A stretch of DNA of 63,395 nt, the filler included, from Phoronis australis (Eukaryota > Animalia > Phoronida): the NCBI GenBank assembly GCA_002633005.1. It is 6 parts of 6 records of this genome, joined end to end, with 100 filler letters (N's around TTAATTAATTAA, not from the genome) between each part and the next. Parts side by side here need not be neighbours in the genome. Positions count along the whole stretch, not along the records: positions 48,873 to 55,922 come from NMRA01000805.1; positions 56,023 to 59,929 come from NMRA01000476.1; positions 60,030 to 63,395 come from NMRA01003064.1; 3 more parts are not named here. One strand, written 5' to 3'. Below are positions 50,188 through 62,456 of this stretch, one piece after another. The position numbers and the translations under genes are program-made. Under the pieces are notes generated by a model. It did not search any database. It saw nothing but the letters and a program-made list of their open reading frames with translations, and had not been told where the DNA came from. Numbering within the stretch: position 1 is the first letter of the stretch; each line of letters opens with the position of its first letter.

Positions 50188-53100
50188 TTAGCATGATAAG
50201 TAAGACCGCCTAACAGGCTTGCACCGAGGGCAATAATATTTGTCGATGGTAGCCGCCACCTCACTGTTGATTCCGACACAACTACCATGATACCATTCAT
50301 CGCACGAATCACATTGGATCATAAATCCTCCGTCATCCGGGCGGCGACATACACAGTACAGGTCGTTATCAACAGGAAGGGGACTGGTAGAATTACCCAC
50401 AGCTAACATCTTTTTAATCCAATTAGGCAACGTTTCCAATTTATCATTACAAATTTTTAATCGATCATGATTAACAGTGGAAACTGAATTCTCAAGTCGG
50501 ATCCTGAAAAGAAAGGGCGTAAGAACATCAATAACGACGCCAGGACCTTTCCAAGGTGGACTTAACTTCTTACATTTGCCTTTAATGACCGCGGTGTCAC
50601 TAATATATACAACGTCACCCGTCTTGAACGAGCGACGGTGTGCCCCAAGGTCGTAATCGCGTTTCATACGGGCTTGGGTAGTGACTAGGGTCTTCCTGGC
50701 CACCTCATGTGCACTAGAAATCCTCTTTTGAAGAGTGTCAACGAAATCAATAGGGGAAACAGGGTCCTGCCCTTGTGCCACTGGATACATGAGAGAAACC
50801 GGATGATTAATCTCACGGCCCAGCATAAGCATGTTGGGAGTGAAACCTGTTTGCCTATTAACCGAAGACCTAATAGCACATGCGATCTGCGGCAAGAAAA
50901 GGTCCCAGTCATCCTGACTAGAAGAAACGTAACATCGCACAGCATCCATCAAAGTACGATTAAATCTCTCCACCTGACCATTGGATGAGGGGCGGTAAGG
51001 AATAGTCCTTGTCTTGTGTATCTGCAAAAGCTTACAGACATTAGAAAACAAAGCACTCTCAAAATTCCTACCCTGATCCGTAAAGATCTGGAAAGGGTAA
51101 CCAAACCTTGTAAAAAACTCGTTTATTGCTGCAAAAGCAGTTAATTCCGCAGTTTGGGCAGGCAAAGGAATACACTCTACCCACTTAGTGAACTGATCCA
51201 CCATCATGAGTATGTGCGCATTACCCCCTGGAAGTCATAGGAAAAGGCCCCATAAAATCCAAGTGAACGCGTTCCATAGGGACACCAGCATGATACCGGT
51301 TCATAGGGAACTTTCCGTGCCTTCCCCTACCCTGCTTGTTATGGTTACAGGAAGAACANTAGGAAAAGGGCCCATAAAATCCAAGTGAACGCGTTCCATA
51401 GGAACACCAGCATGATACCGGTTCATAGGGAACTTCCCGTGCCTTCCCCTACCCTGCTTGTTATGGTTACAGGAAGAACAAGAATCTATGTACTTTTTAA
51501 TGTCTGCTGTCATGCCACGCCAGTAAAAACTACTCTTAATACGCGATACCGTTCTGTCAATGCCCTGATGTCCAGACGATGGAACATCATGATGTAATTT
51601 AATAACACTCTCAACTAGTGAGGACGGCACTACTAACAAACGGGATGATAATCCGTCAGTAGATTTCCAGTATAAAACTCCATTCACCAGGTCCAGGTTA
51701 TCTCTGTTTATCCAGTAGAACTTAGTACATTTACTAGCTAAAAAGAGAGTATCCTGACTAGGGTAAGATTGATTCTCCAAATAATCAAAAACAAATCGAA
51801 GATTTACATCGTCTCTTTGTTTCTTAGCCAAGTCGGGAACACTGTCCAAATAATTGGATGACGTAATACTACGAATTGAAACATTATCCTTAGAAAACCA
51901 AAAATGATCCTCCAAAGGAATGTTTCCACCTGGGACTGGGGAAGCAATTGTCAAAGAAAGCTGAGACTCATCATAGTCCTCTGGAATATAATCCGTCATA
52001 TTAGTTGATATCAAATCCCTATAACAAGACAATTTATTAATTATAGCGTCGCTACTGGGATCAGGAACAGTACCTACACATTTATCAGTTAAAACAGGCG
52101 TAGGCCGAGTTGCCAATGGAAAAGCATCATCTACTTCCTTGGAAAAATCGTACCAAGCCTCATGTGCTCTTTTGCACTTATCACACCCCCGGCATGGCAA
52201 ATCCTCCAATTGAACACCATACTTGTATGTGCAACCAAAAGACACGGGAATACGAGACAAAGCGTCTGCATTCGCGTGCTTATTACCAGGACGGTAAACA
52301 ATTTTCATCCCACCAAATTGTTGAAGTTGTAATATCCACCGTGCGAGCTGGCCATTGGGCGATTTGAAATTTAGGAGCCACGTCAAACTACTATGGTCGG
52401 TCCTTACCGTAAAAGCACGACCTAATAGGAAATGACGGTACTGATGAGTGAAACGAACTACCGCAAGCAGTTCCTTACGAGTAGTGCAGTAACGCTTTTG
52501 TTCATCGACCAATGCCAAGCTAGCATAGGAGATCACACGCTCAACCCCATTCTGAATCTGAGATAGGCAAGCGCCGATCGCAAAGTCAGAAGCATCGCAG
52601 TCGAAAATGAATTCCCCATCTGATGTAGGGAGAGCAAGAACAGGCGGAGTAATCAAAGCTAATTTAAGCTCATCAAAAGCCGACTGCTGAGCATCACCCC
52701 ACTTAAAACTGGATGAACCAGTTACGGTATACAGTGGAGAAGCCATCTCTGCAAAATGCTTTATGAAGGACCTGTGGTAATTAGCAAAGCCTAAAAAACT
52801 TTGACATTGCTTCTTGGTTTGGGGTACAGGCCAATTTTTGACCTTCTTAATATTATCATCCCCCATTTCTATACCATCAGGGCCTACCCATCTACCTAAG
52901 AACTGGACCCTTTTTTGATATAATTGACATTTCTTAGGCTTGAGTCGTAACTCATACTCTCTAAACCGGTCGAACACTTCCCGGAGATTCTGGAGATGAT
53001 CCTCAAAAGAAGAACCTAACACCAAAATATCATCCAAGAAGGCGAGAACGGAATTCCAATTCAACCCCCGTAAAACCAACCCCATAGCCCTAGAAAAAGT

Positions 53101-55050
53101 ACTAGGAGCACCACAAAGACCAAATGGCATGGACTTGAATTCATAAAGACCGTACTTGGTAATAAAAGCAGTCTTTTTACGATCCTCCTCTCTGATTTTA
53201 ACCTGCCAATAGGCCGAGTTAGCATCGAGCTTACTAAACCAGACATTGCCTGATAGAAGGTCGATACACTCATCAATCAAGGGAAAGGGCCACGCATCCT
53301 TTTTAGTAATTTTATTCAAAGCACGGTAGTCAATGCAATAACGCACCGAACCATCGGACTTACGAATTAAAACAGGAGCAGCAGCCCACTCACTTGTGCT
53401 AGGGACAATTACACCTGCTTGTAACATCTTATGGAGGTGTTGTTTTTCCTCATCAATGAAACATACAGGGGTTCGTCTCATAGCCATTTTGACGGGAAAT
53501 TCAGAGCCCGTATCGATGACATGCTCGACTGCTGTAAAATTCCCCAGATCTAAATCGTCAGCAGCAAACACATCCTGATACTCTACTAAGAGATTTTCAA
53601 GAACTGACGCCTCGTTAGAGGACAAGCCAGACTTGGATTTATCAAAAAGTGAATGCAGCTTCAGAGATAAACCGGAGGAACCATTCCCATCGGCCGACGG
53701 CTCCGCAATCCCATTATGAGAGGAATCCGGATTGGCAGACGATGAGTCAGCATTGTCGGACACAGCAGCGACACCTGTAGATCGTATCACCACGTTATCT
53801 ACATTCTCAGCAATGGGTTCTACCCAACCTAGTTTCGAGCCAGCTTTAACTCTGATCGCTCGATCTGAACCATTAAAAATGTACAATACTGGATCTTTTG
53901 CTGTATCATGAACAGACCGCGGAATCATGAGTCTATAATCCAGCTCGTCACAACGCTCAAAAACCACTGCCGAGGATATCTTGGGGAATTCAAAACAACC
54001 TACTCGTTTAACAGAATTAGGCTGAATTGTCACCGGTTTTTTGGAAATAATACATTCCATATAACGGGGTGGAATTCCATAGTCCAATGTGATTGCGTCA
54101 CCCTGAATAGTAAGTTTATGATTAACCATATCAAGAATGGCGTTACCCTTAAGTAAATCCAAACCTAATAAACAATCATCATAAATGTCTGACACAACCA
54201 CAGAAGTAGTAAAACCAATGCCATTAATTCGCAAAACCAAATTCGTAGTCCTAAAACCAGCCATAGTCAAACCATCACCACATGTATTAACTCTTACCTC
54301 ACTACCCTTTGACACACCCTGCAATAACTTAAAAACCCTAGAAGAAACTACAGTTGTATCAGCACCACTATCCACAATGGAATAGAGAGGCAAGTCATTC
54401 AACACAATAGGTAAATAGTACATATTGCCAGAAAACACCTTTTGAATATTAATACTATCTACTGAGAGATCTACAATTTCAGGTGGTACATCTGGCAAAT
54501 TATCAGGGATATTGGGATCAGGAACCAGGGTGTGCACCAAATCTAATGACTCAGAATTAGTAACAACCTGGGTACTAGATACAGCTTTACCACTCAACTC
54601 AGTCTTATCTACCAAATTAACCGGAACCAATACTGGGGTCTTAATCACATCAGTATCAGTAATGGGTAATTCAATCAGACTATTCTGAGTGAGCACAGAG
54701 CTTTGAGAGGCTGGACACTCCATATCACCAAGGGAACTCCGAGCACAAGGAATATCAGTAGACCAATCAACCAAATCATGAACTACATCACAAGATCTAG
54801 CCAAGACAGGTCGACCTCTCCCCTGACACTCATCGCGCACAGAAATACCTCGAGAAGAAGTGGACAAACTCTCTACCCTAAAACAGTCCAACAGATTAGT
54901 CGATAGGCGTTTGATGTTTTTATTTAATGAACCTAATAGACCATCCGTGGGACTGAATTTTTTAGTGGGGCGGTCTGAGGATACCCTATTATTGGTATCA
55001 CGAGATTGGACTGGAGTTAGACCTGATCGTCCAGCCCCAACTCGTTTAAA
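50188..55050 (-). CDS. Pol polyprotein: protease, RT, RNase H, integrase, C-terminal PHD finger
   Basis: IVDSGA, RYCIDYRALN, MPFGL, FLDDIL, DCDASD, TDHSSL, HH..CC, VDQFTK/TDQG/VERFN, WKGPG and LYCVCRRP...CDSCDEWYHGSC...YYCPRC. The frame is open from the slippery site at 55050. The break at ~51225-51480 coincides with a duplicated segment around a single n. Confidence 0.93.
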
Positions 55051-55922
55051 TCATCGGACTTATCCCCAAAGGATGTACGACGAATTCTAGCAGACTGCGG
55101 GCTCCGGCACGCAGACTGGTAGTGACCAAACTTACCACACTTAAAACACATTACTGAAGGTCTCTGTGGGGAAGTTTGGGGGGACCTAGATAGTGGAGGG
55201 GATCTAGATGGTTTGGGATTAGAATCCAACAATTTTAATACCCTTGACAAATCTGAGGTAATGCCCCTAAAATTTGAACTCATAGTCTGGGACATATTTT
55301 TAAGTTCTCGATGAATAAGGGCATTGTCTTCTTTAAGACCTCCTATTTCAGAGTTGACCTTAGCCATCTGAGACTCTAAAGCATGCAGCCTAGACTCAAC
55401 CGCAGAGTTTGAAGCAGAGGATGCTATCGGACTGAATTTAAGAGCAGGTTTTTTGTGCTGCGCAAGCAGGTTGACAGAAGCTTCGTCCTTGCGCGATGGT
55501 GAGCCCTCGAACCAAACAGATCGACGGTTTTGATTTGCCATCAATCGCTGGGTCGTTGCGAACCATGCAGCTTTAGACTCTGCCTCAGCTAGGGACAAAG
55601 GGGATGAGTTCATCACCTGCGTACCTACAACCTTATCACGTAACCCAAGGGAGAAACGGAATACAAGATCTACTTTTTCCTGTTCCGAAGGGTTCGGGAA
55701 GGCTTTTAAGAACAACCTGTTTAGCCTACACGCCCAGTTTTCAATAGATTCCCCCGGCTTCTGCTCGGCGTATTGGAATTCAAGGCGTAGGACTTGGGTG
55801 CAGTCAGTCGAAGAAAAATGTTCTGACATGTGTGCAACCACGTCCTCGAAACCAGAGTCTGGGTTCGTTCTCATGAAGTTAAGGAAAAAATGCAAGGCCA
55901 CATCGTCCAAACACATTCCTAA
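55017..55922 (-). CDS. Gag (5'-truncated) with CCHC zinc knuckle
   Basis: MHR-like QKPGESIENWACRL, a coiled-coil stretch and CFKCGKFGHYQSAC. Confidence 0.9.
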   Translation of the reverse strand, partial: LGMCLDDVALHFFLNFMRTNPDSGFEDVVAHMSEHFSSTDCTQVLRLEFQYAEQKPGESIENWACRLNRLFLKAFPNPSEQEKVDLVFRFSLGLRDKVVGTQVMNSSPLSLAEAESKAAWFATTQRLMANQNRRSVWFEGSPSRKDEASVNLLAQHKKPALKFSPIASSASNSAVESRLHALESQMAKVNSEIGGLKEDNALIHRELKNMSQTMSSNFRGITSDLSRVLKLLDSNPKPSRSPPLSRSPQTSPQRPSVMCFKCGKFGHYQSACRSPQSARIRRTSFGDKSDDLNELGLDDQV

Positions 55923-56022
55923 NNNNNNNNNNNNNNNNNNNNNNNNNNNNNNNNNNNNNNNNNNNNTTAATTAATTAANNNNNNNNNNNNNNNNNNNNNN
56001 NNNNNNNNNNNNNNNNNNNNNN

Positions 56023-56912
56023 CAAAACTGTCACTAAGAGGCTACACAGTAGTCAAAGTCGTCGGAAAATCATCGTCAGCCGTCTTCTTTACAGAAAGAA
56101 CGTATATGCCAATTTTCACAATCATCCTTAGAGAGTGGTTTGATTGACAGAGGGGCGGACGTCAAAAACAGACTCGAAAACAGTAAAAATGGTCACTAGG
56201 TGGCACAAAATACCTTGAATCCATCCGAAAACATAAGGATAGCGTCATCTCACTAATGGATGCTTAACTTCCAAATTCTATGAAAATCCGTTGAGGACTT
56301 CCAAAGACACAGCTGTAAACATACAAAAACTAAAATTTTCACTAGGAGAAACACCTGCAGTCGGATAGGTCCACCGTCATTCGTCGTCAGCTTCATAGGA
56401 ACACATCTGTGAAATATCATCAAGATCCTGTGAGGAGTTTAGGAGATACAGCTGCAGACGCTGGACAATGGACGACGGACGCCCAGACAGAGATGACGGC
56501 AATATGCACCAACATATAAATATGTGGGAGTATAAAAATGGCAACCAAAAAACATAGCCTTTAAGCGATTCACAAAAAAGTGTGAGTAAATGTAATGTTG
56601 ATCGGATAAGAAATGTGACCAATAGTATCTATACCATTCCAAACAAAATACGTTATAACAAAGCCACATACTTTTAGAAATTTAATTTTTAAAAGTAATA
56701 AAATGGCCACTAGAGGGCACAGCAGTGGTTGGATTGGTCTGAAACTCATCATCATCCGTAATCAGCTTCATAGGAAGACATACTGCCAAATATCATTAAT
56801 TTAACATTCTGCAACGGGTTTAGGAGACACAGTAGCAGATGCACAACAATGGACGCCCAGACACAGATGATGGCAATGTGCCCCCACATATGTATGTCTA
56901 GGCACACAAAAA
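56023..56912 (+). mobile_element. Two further copies/ends of the Helentron-like core-repeat family (RABL3 intron)
   Basis: Collinear with 12810-13765. GACGCCCAGACA.AGATG.(C)GGCAAT ends occur at ~56480 and ~56855. Confidence 0.7.
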
Positions 56913-56955
56913 GTACATCTTAATAAAGACCATTAAAATTCAATTACAGTGTTAC

Positions 56956-58686
56956 CAGTATAATTTGGTCTGCCCCACACTCCTCAGCTATGCTACTGTT
57001 CCTGGAATGTCTGCTCTGTATATCATCTTGCACTTGATTCAAGTTTGTTCCTACCACCAGTATTGGGATCTGATTACCGGCAAACTGCTCTGGATCGTAG
57101 TCATAGCTGAAAAAAAATTGGGAGTCAACAATCAAACCATTGACACTCCTGCAGCAACCAATTTATCTGGCAACTTTTTATTTATTTTTCAAATATAAGA
57201 TTACAGATAGTTACCAATAATGATGCGACATTGACATCCAAATACAACAATACAAAAATGTTAAGGACACTGTTAGAGGTACTTAATTTTATTTGGTACA
57301 CGTCAGTCACCCAATGCAAGCCCTACTAAGTGTGCAATGTATACACTCAGGTACCAGTGAATGGATACCTTAGTCAGTAAAGATAGACTACCATGGTTTA
57401 CAGAATTCCTGTAGTTCATTTGGATTTTTTGCTTTAGGATATACTTCTCAGTGCTAATTTATTTTCAAATAATTATAAAAACGTTAAGGCAGCTTGTTCC
57501 ACTAGAGACCAGGTTTAGACATTCAAGCATTAGATCCTTATCTGGTATCATATTTTTCTGGTAACGTTAACATTCAAACAAGTCTGATGCACATTATTCC
57601 AACCTGTTGTCGTTTTCCGATTGCTCCCTGTTCAAAACCTCAGCCAGCCATTTCCGTAGATTTTGTTGAGATTTTCTGTTTTTCAGATCATGCACAAGTA
57701 CAATACCTGTAATGATTATTTCATAACTTCAGTGGAATGAGAAAACACTGGTAAATGACTATGGATGGAAAACAGACACTAACACTTTGAATGTAATAAC
57801 TGACATTCGCTGTCACAAAAACAGCAATCGTTGCAAAAAGTACCAATCAGACATTCAAGAAAGTACACTAAACTTCTGTCAGTTATTCTGGTTGGCACAC
57901 TCCGTCCTCCAGACACAGTAAGTGGGATTTCTCCTTAATTAAAATGAAATTCTACAGTGGCTGCAATGGACTTGATGTATGCGAGTTTTCTGAGTCAAAT
58001 TTTGTAAACACACGGCAGAGTTAACGTTATTTGTGGAAGGATAAGTATGGGCACAATGAGGAAGAAACAAGTTAACCTGTGGCTGGAAACTTCAAGTGTA
58101 GAATTCACTGGCAGGGAGGAATATTCCCAATTGCACTACGCTTGGACCATTATGGCACACACCGACATGATAGAGAGTACAAGACTCGACTTACCATGGA
58201 CGGGATTGTAGAATGTGGCCCGAGTGTTCTTGTGGCTGGATGACCCGCCCACATCCCACAGTTCAATGAAGTACGTCTTCTCTTGAGGAGTACCCACCTT
58301 GTACTCATGAAGCTGTAATAGGATGAGTATCAAAGCTGATAACAATTCACCTAATGCAGTAACCACCATTCGATAAAGGAAGTTTTTAATGAATATACAT
58401 TAGATACAAGTGCTTATTTACAATAAAACAAGCCAATTTTCGAAAAAAACGGGCCACAGAAAACAGTATGTCATTCATAAAAACTGTAAGCACAGCTAAC
58501 TTAGGTTAAATTTGGCTTCCATGTCAAACTTAATCTTGTGTTCTATGCAAAAAGAATTGAGAAGCAGGATTTTAAACAGTTATGTTTTCAATACCTTAAC
58601 TTCAACAGAACAACCTATAGTCCATGATGTATTTAACATTGGTTCTCCATGGCACAGCAGATGGACAAGCGATGTTTTTCCAACAC
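56956..58686 (-). CDS. RABL3: Rab-like protein 3, internal exons
   Basis: Exons 58595-58686 ([12 protein letters not shown]...[11 protein letters not shown]), 58195-58312 ([24 protein letters not shown]), 57604-57706 ([25 protein letters not shown]) and 56956-57106 ([19 protein letters not shown]). All are GT-AG with consistent phases. First and last exons were not found in this contig. Confidence 0.95.
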
Positions 58687-60030
58687 CTGTAACATAATAC
58701 TATTATAATGAGCAAACTACCAGATTACACAGGAAACACACAGAGAAAGTACAAAATTCATACATGATTTTACTGCTGATAGCATATTTCTAGGAATTAG
58801 TTAGCCAACAGTAGTCTTTTGCATAAAAATGTACCACGGTAATTGTTCAAAAATGGATTTTACAACATATTTTTTGCTTAAAAAGTGACCCAATTCAACA
58901 GCAAGTATTCTTACAACCCCAGGTATTTTTCTACATGGGCACAATGTTGACTTCTGGGAGATTGGATGTCACAAGGTACAGGACATGCACTATACTCACA
59001 ATGCAAATGGCCTGCACATTATTTTACAAATGAACCCTCAGACGTCAAAAACAACAATTGCTCTTCTCAGAGACAGTTTGGTTGGGAAGGTTTCACAGAC
59101 ACCAAAAGCGCCCAAAGATGTCTGTCCATCAGACGGTTGCCATCCCATAGGGCTGCCATACGCTGGAAGCTTTTGGGTACACTATGCCTCACACTAACAA
59201 AACCATCAGTCACATTTCTGTAAGTACCTTTTGAATACAGAAGGAAACCGCTGGAACAAAAACTTCTGTGACTCAGATTTCAAAAAAGTGGTGTTGGAAT
59301 TCTTCGCCAAGTTGTCATAGATACTTTATCTAAGATATGTATAGAAGCAGAAAGAATCACTGAAGAAGTAAGTGCCTTTTTAAGTGATAGTTTTAAGTGT
59401 AGAATGTATCTTTGACAAGGTGAAAACTTAATGGGGCTATTTGGAAAATCTACAATAACTAGAGGGCGTGCGTGTACTAGTGGTGATAGATTAACAGCCT
59501 CGATTTCGCGAGCCCTTTAAATACATGTTGAAATGGCTTGCAGCCGTGACAACTGAATCTGAGATTGCGTAAAAAGGGTGCTTCTAAGAGACGAAGTAAG
59601 CACGACCTCATACAAAGGTAAGGTTTGTGATTATTTTTACGATTATTCAATGATTATTCTACCGATGTCTGTTAACTGAGGCACTCGCCGATGTCGACTT
59701 CGCGGCAGTCAGTCGCCAGCCAGAGTCTGGTTAATCTTTGTATGTTGTGATATGTGATACGATACTTGACGTAGTAATCGGGATCTTTTCGTACATCAAA
59801 GCATTATTATTGTTTGGAATGATTTCTAAAAGTTTATCAGTGGTTATCTCTTCCTGGTGACAGTTACATCAATCAATGCTGAATGTTTATGCTGTCAACT
59901 CGATACAGGTTAATGAAGATTACAATCCANNNNNNNNNNNNNNNNNNNNNNNNNNNNNNNNNNNNNNNNNNNNTTAATTAATTAANNNNNNNNNNNNNNN
60001 NNNNNNNNNNNNNNNNNNNNNNNNNNNNNA

Positions 60031-60326
60031 TGTAGCGTAGTGGAGACAGCTCTCAACAATATCACTTTAATTTTTTCAGCGCCAGCTAGAACGAGTAAGG
60101 CAGGTGATGCCTACACCGTCTATGCATCCCAGAGGTGACCGAAGAACATCCGTTTCAATGTGCTACACATTCTATAGTTTTATTTATATGATTGTACATA
60201 TTATTTGAAATAGGACGACTCGAGGTTGTCTGTGTGTCTCTTGGTATAGTGTGCTATATACTGCCACCAATAAAGCTTGTGTTTACCATTTACCTGTAAT
60301 CTTTCTGGGTTACCAATACCATAACA
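60031..60326 (+). mobile_element. Possible LTR
   Basis: TGTAGCG...CCATAACA (TG...CA) with internal TATA-like sequence and AATAAA at ~60269. It abuts the contig end, so a target duplication cannot be checked. Confidence 0.4.
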
Positions 60327-61687
60327 TGTTTACCAATTATAAAGAAAAAGTGTCCACAGGAAAGAGAACATTGTTGCTAGTTTTCTTACGGCGTTTATAA
60401 TTTCAAACTCTTGTTTGATTGTATGCTTGTGTGTATGGTAAACAATGATAAATAAATAAAATGTCAAACTGCATTTTATTCAAGTTCATGAAACAATCAA
60501 AAACTTCAAAATAATGAAATGACGAGACATAAATAAGCACTGAATTAATGTCCGCACAGACAGAGAAAAAAATTGCAATGGGTGACTATTCACGTGGGAC
60601 CCTGATGAACATTCCCCTGTTGAACCGTTTTCTAGGAAGATGTTAAAAAGATACCTTTCTTCAGTAGCGCCACCTGGCAACATGGAGTCGCCCATTGCAA
60701 ACACCCGACGCCATATCTATCAAAGCTTGGCTAATTGTGACGTATACATCTGCACTTTTGTCTTGGTATATTGTCAAATCCATTTAGGCTACATCTTGTT
60801 TTTAGTGAAAGCTGCTCGCATAACTAGATACTGGTTAATTTTCACAATTAAAACCAAATGAAATAAAAGTTAAGGGGGTTTGACACAGACTTGAATATGA
60901 TTCTTTTTGTGCTTATTAACTGGGGGACATCAAATTCCACACTGATGTCATTCATGGACTAATCAACGGAAAAGCCCAAGTGAAGTATCGTGATTCATTC
61001 AAACGAGAATTTTGAATTTGTTAAAGTACAAACTCTTGTTCACAACTCATTCTTGTGAATTGCAGCGGGAAGAACCTGAGTTTTGTGTGCTTAGCATTCT
61101 TATGTAACGACCGACTTAAAATCACTCAAGAACTCGGTGACCAACCAATTTTATTTCATAAAAACAGATTAAGAAAAAGCTAAAAATTTGTGAAGCCAAA
61201 ATGCTAAAATTCAACGAGCTAAAAATAAAAAACAACTAGCGGCAACAATAGGAAAGTAGGAATATAATCATTCAAAAATAACTGGCACAGTAGAGCGAAC
61301 TTTACCAGTTTTCAAAAGGATTTCAATCATTTATTCATACGTAACTTCACCAACTCGTGTAAATTTCACATTCTTGTCATATGTCTTTTTGTTTAGGTGG
61401 CTATAACACAAACTAATTGGTGATCCTCACATTGTTTTAGCAGATTTCCTGTAGGCAAAGACCAAAATATAAAAATGAAAAATCAATTAAATTTGTGTCA
61501 AATTCCCTTAAATGAAAGCATTTTAAACCAGACAACCCTTTAAAATGCACAAATGTGCCATGGGACATTACTGCCATAATGAAACTTTATTCTATATTGC
61601 ACAAGGTAATCAAGCTATGTTTGGACTTGTCTCCAAATCAAGACTGATGTTATGTATCAGCCTGTTATAGTCCAGTAATGCTTAAGT

Positions 61688-62456
61688 CTATTCTGGCACA
61701 TCATATCCAAACCGAAGTCGTAACTGTTCAAAGAAGATGAAGGTAATTATTGTATGAGGTCCAAGTCGAACGAAGGCAGGCACGAATCCCTGAAACAAAA
61801 CCACGCAAATGTCAATCATAAAGAAATTCGGAAAATATAAACAATCTTAAGAACTGGATGAAATGGAATAATTTTTGCAATTATCTTTCTTTGATAGGTA
61901 ATGAGAACTCGAGAAAATTTTCGCAAAATACTGCACAACAACTAGCAATGCATTGTGGGAGAAGTTGCTGTGAAGTGAATCTTAAAACAAAGTTACGCAG
62001 TTCATGGTCACATTACAGACGCTTTCAGATGGCAGATCTCAATCAAAATTTCAGATTAACAATATTCTATTGGTTATTTCCTAACTTATGACTTATTTTG
62101 AATTATGAACTAATGCAATTTAATTGATAAGCACTATTACTGATATGGTTTAAGTTGTCTTGGTGACCACTGATTTTCGTCACTTGTGGTTTTATAGGGG
62201 TCACATAGAACTGCCTGTACTGAAATTTTCTGCTTACACGTTTTTGTTTTAAAGGCACTGGATACATATTTTTCACGCAAAACAGATTTCAAGTAAAACA
62301 TGTTAAATATGCTTGACTACGGTTGAAAGAACCATCGTTTGTCGAATTTGAAACCTATTTCTAGCAAAACAGAATTGCCAAATCTCAGACTGAACATACC
62401 TTAAAGAATCCCAATGGCCCATTCAAAGCAATGTCTTTTGCACACGATAGCAGACC
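61688..62456 (-). CDS. SLC25A10: Mitochondrial dicarboxylate carrier, last two exons
   Basis: Exon 62400-62456 (GLLSCAKDIALNGPLGFFK) and exon 61688-61789 (GFVPAFVRLGPHTIITFIFFEQLRLRFGYDVPE*), both with canonical splice sites. They match the DIC C-terminus ([31 protein letters not shown]). Candidate AATAAA on the minus strand at 60475-60480. Missed by the ORF track. Confidence 0.85.

Larger units (their letters stand above)
48873..55922 (-). mobile_element. Ty3/Gypsy LTR retrotransposon internal region (gag-pol-ORF3); LTRs lie outside the contig
   Basis: The whole contig is coding, with the Gypsy domain order PR-RT-RH-IN. Confidence 0.96.

Noticed and set aside
51222-51480. ~120-bp tandem duplication and frameshift in the integrase
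   Set aside because: The duplication is centred on a single n (51359) and the shift lies in a C5 homopolymer, so this is most likely an unmerged contig overlap or base-call error rather than recoding.
50685-54906. Antisense and overlapping short ORFs within pol
   Set aside because: Shadow frames of the long coding region.
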